A DNA stretch of 63,960 nucleotides, filler included, from Lentisphaeria bacterium (GTDB taxonomy: Bacteria > Verrucomicrobiota > Lentisphaeria > JABSQK01 > JAWLHB01), in NCBI GenBank assembly GCA_041690595.1. It is 3 parts of 3 records of this genome, joined end to end, with 100 filler letters (N's around TTAATTAATTAA, not from the genome) between each part and the next. Parts side by side here need not be neighbours in the genome. Positions count along the whole stretch, not along the records: positions 28,582 to 55,970 come from JAWLHB010000068.1; positions 56,071 to 63,960 come from JAWLHB010000087.1; 1 more part is not named here. One strand, written 5' to 3'. A program made the translations under genes and the position numbers. The notes under the pieces were generated by a model. The model was not told the origin of the DNA and made no database searches. It was given only the letters and a program-made list of their open reading frames with translations. Positions 50,592 to 60,216 of the stretch are shown piece by piece. Within the stretch, counting starts at the first letter, position 1. Every line of letters starts with the position of its first letter.

Positions 50592-51788
50592 TCATTCCGC
50601 CTGAACGGCGCAGGCGAGCAGCAGCCGGCAGGCCTCCAGGTACTCGTCGATGGCAAGGTACTCATCCGTCGTATGCAGCAGATGCGCTCCTGCCCCCACG
50701 GTCACGGTGGGGATGGCGTGCAGGCGATTCAGGTTGTTCGCATCCTGCGCGCCATTGCTCACCCGGTAGATCGGTTCCAGCCCCAGCCGCCCAAGCGCCT
50801 CCAGCAGGCACCGTACCGGCGCACTCGCCCGGTCGAGCACGAAGGCCGGATAGCGGTTGCGCTCCACCAGCTCCGCCGTCGCGGCCTTCCCATGCACATT
50901 GGTCGTCGCCGCGGCCGACTCCGCGAACGCCTGCCGATAACGCGCCAGCAGCACCTCGAGAAACTCCGGATCATGGCTGCGGCACTCTCCGTCCGCTACC
51001 AGGCGAGGCATCACCACATTCGTCGACTCACCGCCATGCAGCATGCCGATATTCGCCTTGCCCTCCCGTCCATCCTGCCGCACCGCCCCATGCCATCCCC
51101 CCGCCACCAGCTCGCCCAGCCCACGCGCCAGCACCGCCGCGGCCGAAATACCTTCCTCCGGATGCACCCCCGCGTGAGCGGCGCTTCCCTCGATCGTCAG
51201 TTGCCACTTGATACCGCCAATGGCCCCATGGCAGATCTCCCGAGCCAGCCCGCCGTCCACGTTGATTCCAAAGGCCGGTGGTGCAAGCAGACTACCATCC
51301 AGCTCCCGCGATCCCACCAGCCCGACCTCCTCCTGCACAAAGAAGATCAGGCTAAGCGGCCGGTGGTCCAATTCCTGCCGGCGCAACTCCCGGATCAGCG
51401 TCACGATCGCCGCGCAGCCGCTGCGATTGTCCGCACCAAGCGCCGTGGTCGAAGCTTCCGGCACGAGCCGATTGCCCTCGCGCCGCGGCACCGCCCCCGC
51501 GCAGATCGGCACCGTATCCATGTGCGCCGACAGCAGCAGACGCGAAGCCGACGCCAGCGCACCCCGTCCCGGCAGGTTTACCACAAGGTTCCCCTGCTCA
51601 CCTCCGAATGGGCTGCGTCGATGTGCCTCATCTATCGCCATGCAAGCTGGCGCAATCCCGGCTCCCAGCAGATTCCCCTGCACCGCCCGGGCAATAGCGC
51701 CTTCTTCTCCTGAACGCCCTGGGATCGCGATCAACTCCATGACCAGCGCTATGGCCGCTTCCGTATCCAGCGAGGGAATCTCACACAT
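50592..51788 (-). CDS. M20/M42 family peptidase (PepT-like)
   Basis: SAHMDTV, LGADNRSG, QEEVG, AHAG.HPEEG, HTTDE. Confidence 0.92.
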   Translation of the reverse strand: MCEIPSLDTEAAIALVMELIAIPGRSGEEGAIARAVQGNLLGAGIAPACMAIDEAHRRSPFGGEQGNLVVNLPGRGALASASRLLLSAHMDTVPICAGAVPRREGNRLVPEASTTALGADNRSGCAAIVTLIRELRRQELDHRPLSLIFFVQEEVGLVGSRELDGSLLAPPAFGINVDGGLAREICHGAIGGIKWQLTIEGSAAHAGVHPEEGISAAAVLARGLGELVAGGWHGAVRQDGREGKANIGMLHGGESTNVVMPRLVADGECRSHDPEFLEVLLARYRQAFAESAAATTNVHGKAATAELVERNRYPAFVLDRASAPVRCLLEALGRLGLEPIYRVSNGAQDANNLNRLHAIPTVTVGAGAHLLHTTDEYLAIDEYLEACRLLLACAVQAE

Positions 51789-54021
51789 GCTCCGCCTCCG
51801 TTGTCAACAGCGTGAAGACCACATCCACCCGCGCCACGGCTTCCAGCGGGGTATAGCGGATGTGGACGAATGGCTTGAAGCCGCTCGCGCTTGCATACGA
51901 CCAGACGACCGCCGTCTCCCGCTGCTCGGCCTGAAGCGGCGTCGAACTCCGGGTCGGCGTCAGCGTCACCCCCCGCTCGCCGCCGAAATGCCCTGTCGTG
52001 CCCGTGAGCCGCAGCCCCAGCTCCTGCTTGGTGTGAAAGTGCCAGGCGATCTGGCGTGGCGCATCCAGCACCAGATGATCGTGCAGCAGAATCCGATCCG
52101 GCAGCAGATGAAACTCCCGGCTGAAGGCCGCGACCCCAAGCTCCTCCGGATACGCCCGCTGAAGATCCAGGCGAACGATCCACGAATCCTCCCCCACCTG
52201 ACGCACGTCGCTGAAGTGATCCCCGAAATCCGGCGCCGATGGCAGCGACATCGGATAGCCGATATCCCCCTTGCGCCCAACCCCGTCGATCAGCACGCTA
52301 TTGCGGACCGCCGCCCGCATGGCGTACCCATGGTCGGGGCTCGCCAGCACCGGTTCGCCATGACGAAGAATCGAAAAGTGCCCCACCGCCGGCGAGACCG
52401 TCATCCGATCGCAGGGGCCGGTGGTGGCATGGTAGGCATGGTAGCCGCACCAGGGGCCAGCATCGACGGTGAAGCTCAGATCGCCCCGCACATGATGCAC
52501 CATCGCCGTATCCGGATAGTAGCGCAGCCTGCTGGTTGGCCGCTCGGGCGCTTCTGCCTCCGTCCCCGCCCGATGCGCCACGAATGCCCAGGGCAACTCG
52601 TTGAAGAATGCCGCCATCTGCGTGCCATGGTAGAAGCTCTCCGGGCAGTGCGCGAGGAACTGTCGACTCAGCCAGGCCGCCCGTCCATCCCCGTAGCTAT
52701 CCGCCATATGCTCCAGATAGAGAAAGCCCCCCGTCGGGGCCACCCGATCGCTCAGCTCCCCCGTCACCAGCACACCGGCCACTTCATCGTACATGTCCAC
52801 CATGTAGTCGACCGTCTCCGCGAGCGGCGCATCCGCATAGAGATCTCCGCCGCCCTGTGCGCGCAGCGCATCCCGGTGATGCGCGACCAGATCCAGATAG
52901 AGGTACGGCATCCGGTAGGAACTGGCGGGAATGGCGCCATCGCGCGGAATCGCCCCCAGCGCGCGGCGCACACGCGGCAACGCATAGCGCAGCCACTCCG
53001 CCGCCTCCGGGATCAGGCCATACAGCAGCAACGCCGCCGTGCCGAACCCCCAATGCGATTTCCAGCCATGATCCTGCAGCACCGAGCCGCCCCAGTAATC
53101 CCGCGACAGCAGCGCCTGCTCCAGAAAACGATCTCCCTGCCACGCCAGCTTCGCCAGCAGCTTGTCCCGGCGCTCCTTACCCAGCTCCTCCCCGAAAAGA
53201 TGCAGAGCCCGGGCGCCGCCCAGCAGCATCCCCATCGCCCCCATGTCCCCGTTGTGGCCATACCCATCCTCACGCGGATTACCCCACGCAGGCAAGCCGA
53301 TGGCCCGATCGATCACCCCGATGGCACGCTCCACCGCCAGTTCACCATCCAGCAGCCGCTCCCCGAGCACCAGCAGATGCAGATCCCCCAGCCCCAGGCT
53401 CTCCGCCTTCGCCACTCGTTCCACCGCCCGACGCAAATGCGGCTCGAAATGCCGATGCGTGCCCGCCAACCGCCGCTTCTGCTCCAGCCAGAACTCCGTC
53501 TCGCGCCACGGAGTCAGGCTGCACCGGTCGCTGGCGCTCCGCAGCCCTTCCGGTAGCGCTTCCAGATGATCTTCCGGGTCTACCTCCAGCCGAACGTCGT
53601 GCCAGTCGATCGCCATCTCCCTGTACGGCTCGAAGCTCAGCCGATGCTCACCCCCCTCCCGCAACCAACACGCCAGCCGTCCCCGGAAGCGATGATGCGC
53701 CAGATCGTCCAGCGAGATACGCTGAAAGTACCACAATCCCAGCCGCCGCCCATCCAGCGACACCCAGTACGCCGGCACCAGCGGCACGTTCCCATTCCGC
53801 AGATCGAAATCCCACGGCCCCGACCGCACACCCTGATTCCCAAAGAGATCCAGCTTGAAGTACAACTCCTCCTGGTCGAAGCGGCTTCCATCCGCAATGA
53901 TGCTCAGTTGATACAGCCCCGGAGGCGCCGCAAATCGCAATTCCGGGTGACCGCCCTCGTCAGTGAGCGCGCCTTCAGTTATCGAGCCGTCTGGGAGCAG
54001 CAGGGAAAGAGCATGATGCAT
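51781..54021 (-). CDS. Alpha-toroid plus beta-sandwich protein, heparinase II/III-like architecture
   Basis: QDHGW, RYYPDTAMV, RNSVLIDG, HDHLVLD..WHFH; 8-nt overlap with the M20 gene. Confidence 0.6.
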   Translation of the reverse strand: MHHALSLLLPDGSITEGALTDEGGHPELRFAAPPGLYQLSIIADGSRFDQEELYFKLDLFGNQGVRSGPWDFDLRNGNVPLVPAYWVSLDGRRLGLWYFQRISLDDLAHHRFRGRLACWLREGGEHRLSFEPYREMAIDWHDVRLEVDPEDHLEALPEGLRSASDRCSLTPWRETEFWLEQKRRLAGTHRHFEPHLRRAVERVAKAESLGLGDLHLLVLGERLLDGELAVERAIGVIDRAIGLPAWGNPREDGYGHNGDMGAMGMLLGGARALHLFGEELGKERRDKLLAKLAWQGDRFLEQALLSRDYWGGSVLQDHGWKSHWGFGTAALLLYGLIPEAAEWLRYALPRVRRALGAIPRDGAIPASSYRMPYLYLDLVAHHRDALRAQGGGDLYADAPLAETVDYMVDMYDEVAGVLVTGELSDRVAPTGGFLYLEHMADSYGDGRAAWLSRQFLAHCPESFYHGTQMAAFFNELPWAFVAHRAGTEAEAPERPTSRLRYYPDTAMVHHVRGDLSFTVDAGPWCGYHAYHATTGPCDRMTVSPAVGHFSILRHGEPVLASPDHGYAMRAAVRNSVLIDGVGRKGDIGYPMSLPSAPDFGDHFSDVRQVGEDSWIVRLDLQRAYPEELGVAAFSREFHLLPDRILLHDHLVLDAPRQIAWHFHTKQELGLRLTGTTGHFGGERGVTLTPTRSSTPLQAEQRETAVVWSYASASGFKPFVHIRYTPLEAVARVDVVFTLLTTEAEHV

Positions 54022-54469
54022 GGCAGGATCATCCAATAGGTTGAAACAACGTGAAGCCAAAGAGTACCTCCCCCCCGCCGCCTTGCAAGCCTTCCAATGC
54101 CCGGTTTCAGCAGAGGAGCTTCATGCCTTCACCACCCGCGCGGTTCTCGTCTTGGAAAGCAAAGGGCTTCGCAGTCGCGACGCGGCAGTTTGGCGGCATA
54201 ATGCCGAACGTGGCGACGATTCTTTGCGCCGAGAAAGTGGCGTGTAAAACCGGGATTCTGGCCGCATCGTCGGTTTTTCGGCATTTTTTTCAAGAATTTT
54301 TCGCGGCAAAAGCAGCGATTTAAATCCATAGCGCCGACTAAGCATTTAAGCGCCAAAAGTCGTAAGTGCCTCCGGTAGAGATAGTTAGAAAGCATACTGA
54401 AATGATCATGTTAATGAGGCAAAGTGGCAAAGTAAAGTAATGGAAAGGTTTTCATATCGTAAAGTGCGC

Positions 54470-54498
54470 TTGACAGCGATGATCGGTGATGATAGCCT
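54470..54498 (+). promoter_or_regulatory. Sigma70 promoter of the YD-repeat gene
   Basis: TTGACA-17 nt-TAGCCT with TG extension in an AT-rich intergenic region. Confidence 0.55.
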
Positions 54499-54567
54499 AT
54501 CGCGAATTGCCGGAAGTATCGATAAGAGTACCTAAATGGGACAGGATACGGGTAGAAGGTAGATTTC

Positions 54568-55970
54568 ATGGTTTATAAGCATTCCAGGTTCAGCGTCTGT
54601 TTATGGACCGTCATTGTCGGTGCCGCTGCCTGCCTGGTCTGCGGCGGGGCGCGGGTGCCGTTACCGGCGGGGTACCAGTGGCCGAGGTTGCCGGGGGTGA
54701 GGCCGCCGGATCCGGAGGCGCCGCCCATTGCCTGCCACATCTGTCCGGCAGAGGCGGAGTTGTACCACAGTCAGCGCGGCAAGGTGATCTTCGAGAAGAA
54801 TCTTGATCTCTATGCGCCACAATGGTCGGGCTGCTTCTTCGACCTGCTCTGCGGCCATGAACAGCCATGGACGCCGCGCGACACCATTGGTTTGTATCCC
54901 TCGGGGATCAAGCACCGGCCCAACCAGCTGGTCGTCATCGTCAAGCGCAAGATCGTCATGTTCGAGCCGGTCACCGACGATGCGGGTGAAGTCACCCTGC
55001 GCAGCATTGCCTTCCCCGAGTACACGCTCGAGCGCGAGGGGAGCATGGTGGTGCTGACCGAGCGGGATCGCTGGCGCTGGTACTTCTCCACGCCGGATCA
55101 GCTCGGGCTGGCCTGGCGGCTGGAGAAGATCGCGCCGGCGTCGCACCCGGGGCGCTTCATGCGACTGCATTACGATGGCGAGTTTCCCAGCGCGGTAGAG
55201 TATCCGGATGGGGCTCGCGCCGCTCTCGTTCACCAGGATGGCCTGCTGGCGGAGATCCACTTTCCGGGGGATCGAGCGGTCAAGCTCGAACGCGATCTCA
55301 ACGGCTTCATCGTGGCGGTGCGGATCGGCCGGCTCTATCGCGAGAAGAGTAAACGCCTGGGCTGGTACACCTCCGCCACAGTGGGCGACAAGGTCGTAAC
55401 GGAGTCAAAATACATCGAGGAGAGCGGACCGGAAGCGTGGAAGGTAGACCGGCAGTGGCTCTTCGAGCATGATGCCTCCGGTCGCCTGGTCACCTACATC
55501 TCCGCCTGCGGCAGCCACCACAAGATCGAGCATGCCCAGAAGCATGAGGAGGGTGGCACCCAGTATGTGACCGTCGTTGACGATACGACGCTGCAACGAA
55601 AGAGCGTCTACGTGCACCAGGAGCAGCCGGGCGGCGCGACCTTTACCCGCAAGGAAGGCCCCAGCCATCTGCCCGTCGAGTTGCTGCCCGAGGTTGAGAA
55701 GACCGTCTACAAGGTTATCGACCGCGAGTTCCTGCCTATCGAGAAGCATAATCTGGTCACCGGCCGGAGCCGCTCCTACGTCTATGACATGCAGGGCGAG
55801 CTTGCCGAGTTCACCAATGCGTATGGCGTCGTCACCCGCTATGATGCTCCCCCCGCCACGGAGCCCTCGCTGCGTCCGGCCACCCGTAGCGCCGTGCATC
55901 AGGTTGACGAGAAGACGGGCTTGCTCACCGGGATCGTCGACGCCAACGATCGGGTGCATCGCTTCAGCTT
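54568..55970 (+). CDS. YD/RHS-repeat protein, truncated at the contig end
   Basis: Hydrophobic N-terminus; HDASGRLV, YDMQGELAEFTNAYGVVTRYD, GLLTGIVDAND. Confidence 0.7.
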
Positions 55971-56070
55971 NNNNNNNNNNNNNNNNNNNNNNNNNNNNNN
56001 NNNNNNNNNNNNNNTTAATTAATTAANNNNNNNNNNNNNNNNNNNNNNNNNNNNNNNNNNNNNNNNNNNN
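55971..56070. other. Artificial contig linker
   Basis: N44-TTAATTAATTAA-N44. Confidence 0.97.
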
Positions 56071-56168
56071 ACCGAAGGTCAGCCAGCGCTCAATCGCACC
56101 GTCAGGGGGGTCAACTTTACTTCGGCGACAGGAGCGGAAAGGGGGTCAATTTTCAGTCGGCGTTGACA
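56071..56168 (+). mobile_element. IS21-family terminal fragment
   Basis: Ends GGGGGTCAATTTTCAGTCGGCGTTGACA (reverse complement TGTCAACGCC..), with a second subterminal GGGGGTCAA..TCGGCG copy upstream. Confidence 0.75.
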
Positions 56169-56369
56169 CCTGAGACCCGGTGAGCGGAGATCGATAGTTA
56201 CACCACTTGACGGGACACAAGCTTTCAGCGAGGTATCACAACGTTGTGCTGCGTTCTTCGATACCGAGAAGTAGGATGTCGTTTCGCTCCACAACCTAGC
56301 GGCCGGCGGTAGCGAACTGACCACGCGCTATACTATGGCCTTGTTCAACTGGAACCTTACCGAACGGCC

Positions 56370-56522
56370 ATGGATCCACTCGGCATAGCTATCATGGCCG
56401 CGGCAGCCGTCTTCCTCTGGCTCCTCAACCGGTGGCAGACGCGGTGGCGCTGGGACTATCTGGACTGGAAGGAGTGGAGGGACCAGAGGCAGCGAGAGGA
56501 CTCTACCTCAGATCGCCGTTGA
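56370..56522 (+). CDS. 50-aa single-TM, Trp/Arg-rich protein
   Basis: MDPLGIAIMAAAAVFLWLLNRWQTRWRWDYLDWKEWRDQRQREDSTSDRR*; TATACT upstream. Confidence 0.45.
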   Translation: MDPLGIAIMAAAAVFLWLLNRWQTRWRWDYLDWKEWRDQRQREDSTSDRR

Positions 56523-56746
56523 CGGGGACGGCCTTTGTTCTGCCTGCTGGATGTCCCCGTTTGCTGGCGACCTCCGATGATCCGCGTCTGTCGGGGAGCC
56601 ATACGGTTTCGGTCCATGGTGTTATGCGGCCGAACGAGCACGGAAGGTTTGGAATCGTTACCGGGTTGCGGTGGGAGAGCGTTCCGAAGGAGCAGTTCCT
56701 CGGCAGATCCACGCAAGAAGGAAACGGAGAATAGGAACGTCTAGTT

Positions 56747-57661
56747 CTAAGCGTTCGATGCCATTCCCTCAACCGCCACACGAGTTACCTCAAGGAGCCA
56801 CTCTGGAAGGTTCGCGTAATGCTTGTCTACGGTGATCTGCTTTATCCCGCGCTGCTCCCAGAACGTGCTCCTGGGGTCCATTGAATTGTCAGAGAACCTT
56901 ACCCCCCAAAAAGGATAGCCTTGGCGCTTCGCAACGTGAGTATCGTTGACGTCGACCAGTATTGACGACAAGTGAGGGTCGTCGCCCGACAGGCCGATGA
57001 ACAACCCAAAACTCGAGCGGAGAATGCTTGAGAGCTCTTGCTTCCAAGGAGATTGTTGGGGGCCGCTCAATCGGTCGAAGTCCATTCGCGTCAGGATGAT
57101 CTGTTCAGAGGGGCTCTCGCTCTGGACTGACGGAAGATAACCGTGAGGATGCAACACTTCGATGTCGCAATCGGGCTTCCATCTTGGCATGTGCCGCGTC
57201 GGGACAACGACGACACCGAAGTGGCGTAGATAGCGCTCAAGCAAGTCGTCGAAGTTGAACGATACGATCTGTCGAATTGATCCGCGGCGAGTCGGCATGA
57301 ACAAGAAGCTAAGCGATCGGAACAACTCGATCCTGACCAAGTCCTGAATCTCTACGGCCGTTTCGAGGTAGAGGGCCTCTCTTGAAAGCCCGATAAATTT
57401 CTCGTCTGGTAGTTTGGAGCGAATGAACTCCGAGGTGCTCGGTGCATCCAGCCCATCGGGTACCGCTATACCGCTGATAGCCACTAGGTTGGCGGTGAAT
57501 TTTTCCCAGCTAGGGAGCCCGGCCGCGAAAGATATACCTGCTCCGAGGACTAAGCTTAGTCGGTTTTGAATGAGCAATCGCGCGATGTGCTGCTTGACGA
57601 GGTCATCTCTGTCCCAACTTTGAGGGCTCTTCATTGCCGAAGTATCGACTGAAGCTGTCAT
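56747..57661 (-). CDS. Stand-alone SIR2-like (SIR2_2) NAD+-hydrolase-type protein
   Basis: LVLGAGIS..GLPSW, VSFNFDDLLE, LHPHG, LFIGLSGDDP. Confidence 0.9.
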   Translation of the reverse strand: MTASVDTSAMKSPQSWDRDDLVKQHIARLLIQNRLSLVLGAGISFAAGLPSWEKFTANLVAISGIAVPDGLDAPSTSEFIRSKLPDEKFIGLSREALYLETAVEIQDLVRIELFRSLSFLFMPTRRGSIRQIVSFNFDDLLERYLRHFGVVVVPTRHMPRWKPDCDIEVLHPHGYLPSVQSESPSEQIILTRMDFDRLSGPQQSPWKQELSSILRSSFGLFIGLSGDDPHLSSILVDVNDTHVAKRQGYPFWGVRFSDNSMDPRSTFWEQRGIKQITVDKHYANLPEWLLEVTRVAVEGMASNA

Positions 57662-57670
57662 GGGGTCACG

Positions 57671-58339
57671 CTATCCTTCCCATCTAAGGTAGCCTCTCTG
57701 AGTAAGGTGGCGAAGGGCGTCATCTACTTGGTTCAGAGAATGTGGGCCAGCGAGGTTGAAGCTGATTTCACCGCGTGAACTGATGCTGAGCACATTGGAG
57801 TCCAATCTTACGTCCCGCATGGTGACGCGGTAGGGATATATGGCCGATGAGTTCTGCCTGAATAACCCAGACTCTGTGATGTCGTCTCCGAACAAGGCGA
57901 TTGTACGAAGAGCTGAACCATAGCCTTCGACTCTAGCCCATACAACACTGATAGAGTACCCGGCAGGACTCGCAGCAATATCGCCGACGAAGTTTCGCAC
58001 CTTGATTAGTGGCGACTTAAGGTGGCGTGCAAGATCAAGGGCTTCGAGCAGCCGATCCACAGCATTTCGGTGGTTCGCGACAACTAGGAACCTATCAGCA
58101 GCGCCGTCTCGAAGGAAGAATGAGTATCCCTCCTCTTGTCTATTTTCACCTCGGTCAGCCCAATTCAGCTCGGGGAATACGGAAAAGCGTTGCCAGCTTA
58201 GCGAGCGCTCATCGACTCTGAAGCGTAGCTCCTCTTGTTCGAGAAGAGCACGGACTGGATGATGGCCGAATGGGGAGACGTATAGAGCGCCTGAAAAAGT
58301 CTGGCCCGTCTCGGCTATTGCATCGTCTGCTTCAGACAT
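57671..58339 (-). CDS. Hypothetical alpha/beta protein in the SIR2 operon
   Basis: Long ORF in lower-GC DNA; 8-nt overlap upstream and 9-nt gap downstream. Confidence 0.8.
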   Translation of the reverse strand: MSEADDAIAETGQTFSGALYVSPFGHHPVRALLEQEELRFRVDERSLSWQRFSVFPELNWADRGENRQEEGYSFFLRDGAADRFLVVANHRNAVDRLLEALDLARHLKSPLIKVRNFVGDIAASPAGYSISVVWARVEGYGSALRTIALFGDDITESGLFRQNSSAIYPYRVTMRDVRLDSNVLSISSRGEISFNLAGPHSLNQVDDALRHLTQRGYLRWEG

Positions 58340-60209
58340 GGCTGAACGCGAGCTGTTGTAGGAGCCAGACAGAACGATACAGATGAGGCTTCTGTTCGGT
58401 AGAGGAGTAGTGTTCGATGAAGCGCAAAGGGTTGGCGATGGGCTCGTCGCGGAATTCTAAGTTGGAGAACCCGTATACGTCTCCGGAACGAGATGAATCA
58501 GATACGACAGTTGGTTCGGCGCTCAGCGAACGACGAATAATGTCTGAGCCAAGGAAAGCTTTGGCGAATAGAACCAGCAACTCTCGTCGCTGAATAGCAG
58601 TTACCCAAGTGGCTTCGTCTTCGAGCAAGCCTAATGCTTCCTCAATAAATGCGGCGGTTCGCGTGTCAGCAATGCTGGATTCTCGTAGCTGCTGCAGCTC
58701 GCGAACCAGAATGGATAATGTGATCTCCGGACCATCAGCTCTGCCGACGTGCTTGATGTAGAGCGCTGAGAGCGTGCGGCAAAGATACTCAGGAATGCGA
58801 TGCTCGATATTCGGTATTACGGCCCAGCTTGACCATACCGAGCGAATATAGAGCTGTACCTCTTCGCGATAAAAGTAGAAGAAGTCGATGATGTGAGTCA
58901 GCAGCTCGTTTACTTCGGCGTGCGCTTGTTGAATCGCCAAGGCTAAGTCTTCGACTCGGTCATCCGACTTGGCAACTCGGCACAGGCCCATCACTAGAAG
59001 GGTTTGAGCCTGTTCAAACAGCGACCTGTACGATCCGTCGCTCAATCTCCTCCGAACTGCGTCGAGTGCCTCGGAATCGCTGGGTTTTGGGAGTAGGACA
59101 CCGAACACGCCGTCTATAAGTGTGTGTGATATCTCGTGTGTCAAAGTAAGCAGAGTCCACTGGACCGTGTTGCACCCTGCGATGGCATCTACCGGTGCGC
59201 TGAGCGAGTAGCGCGTTGCTCTAAACCCGTCTCTGCCACTGTAGTAAGGAACAAGTGGGATTGTCGGCAAGCTCGCGTTCGATTGGAGAAGGTCACGGAC
59301 GTCCTGGCTTTCGCCGTGGGCGAATAGTTGGTCGGTTTTGTAGAATTCGTCCTCTGGGTGCACGCTCCAGAGATGGCTGCCAGCGACTTGTGGTTCAACG
59401 TACCGAAGGCTTCGTATGCGGGCTATCGGTTGGTGTTCTGCGATTACCTTTCCGACATAGGCCTCAATCTGCTCCAGTGCTGTAGTTGCGACTCCTAAGC
59501 CCAGGAGCGAGTGTGTGGTAAAAGAGCACTCTGTCTCCAATATCGGTGATGTGCCGGAATAGACATTCGAGTAGTACCTAGACAAGGCGGCGTTCGCGAT
59601 CGTGAGGTCATGGAGGCGAGCTAGCTCATTCCCCTCCTCTGACACGATTGCTGCGAAGACCTCGTTAAAGCGTCGAATACGCTCGAGTGACTCATGCCGG
59701 TATCGGAGTCCATATTTTGAGATTCCAGACGTAAGGAGCCGATACTCTCGTGCCGCAGGCTCGAGCGCGTCTTCTATCTCCAGGTGGACGCTCAGCACCT
59801 CAGATGCCGGAATCTCGAGTTCACTTGCCGTTATGCAGGCAATGGCTCCGTCGACGACATGCCACTTCTCGAAAGGCGCTCCGTGCGATTTGACATAGCG
59901 CTCGATTTGCTGCTCTTGCGACTCTGGACAGTGGACAAGAAGGTTGTATGTGCCCAATGACAGGTACATCGAATAGTCCCCGGCCAGTTCGAACCTGCCA
60001 GGAAATAGAGGGCCAACGAAGAACAAGTATGACGTTCCGGAGAAATCTGGTGGATCTGCCCCGTTCACGCCAAAGATGGGGCTGATGCGCCTCAGCCGGG
60101 AAAGATCCCTAGTCGCTTCTTCGAACTTCTTAAAGGCGCGTACAACATTGGAAGCATCGTCTCCGCGAAAGAGGCAGAGAAAATGGGTTCCTCCCAGAAT
60201 ACGAATCAC
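58332..60209 (-). CDS. Hypothetical protein with HExxH (putative gluzincin Zn-peptidase)
   Basis: LTHEISH plus downstream EVNELLTHIIDF. Confidence 0.75.
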   Translation of the reverse strand: MIRILGGTHFLCLFRGDDASNVVRAFKKFEEATRDLSRLRRISPIFGVNGADPPDFSGTSYLFFVGPLFPGRFELAGDYSMYLSLGTYNLLVHCPESQEQQIERYVKSHGAPFEKWHVVDGAIACITASELEIPASEVLSVHLEIEDALEPAAREYRLLTSGISKYGLRYRHESLERIRRFNEVFAAIVSEEGNELARLHDLTIANAALSRYYSNVYSGTSPILETECSFTTHSLLGLGVATTALEQIEAYVGKVIAEHQPIARIRSLRYVEPQVAGSHLWSVHPEDEFYKTDQLFAHGESQDVRDLLQSNASLPTIPLVPYYSGRDGFRATRYSLSAPVDAIAGCNTVQWTLLTLTHEISHTLIDGVFGVLLPKPSDSEALDAVRRRLSDGSYRSLFEQAQTLLVMGLCRVAKSDDRVEDLALAIQQAHAEVNELLTHIIDFFYFYREEVQLYIRSVWSSWAVIPNIEHRIPEYLCRTLSALYIKHVGRADGPEITLSILVRELQQLRESSIADTRTAAFIEEALGLLEDEATWVTAIQRRELLVLFAKAFLGSDIIRRSLSAEPTVVSDSSRSGDVYGFSNLEFRDEPIANPLRFIEHYSSTEQKPHLYRSVWLLQQLAFSHV

Positions 60210-60216
60210 GCCGTGG

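Noticed and set aside
56432..56734. 100-aa plus-strand ORF
   Set aside because: Weak GTG start, no motifs, and it overlaps a more plausible 50-aa ORF
54568..57661. RHS toxin and SIR2 operon as one locus
   Set aside because: They are on different contigs separated by a linker
56747..60209. SPARSA, SIR2-HerA or Thoeris
   Set aside because: No recognisable PIWI/MID, Walker A/B, TIR or Macro/SLOG motifs in the partners (by eye; needs HMM confirmation)
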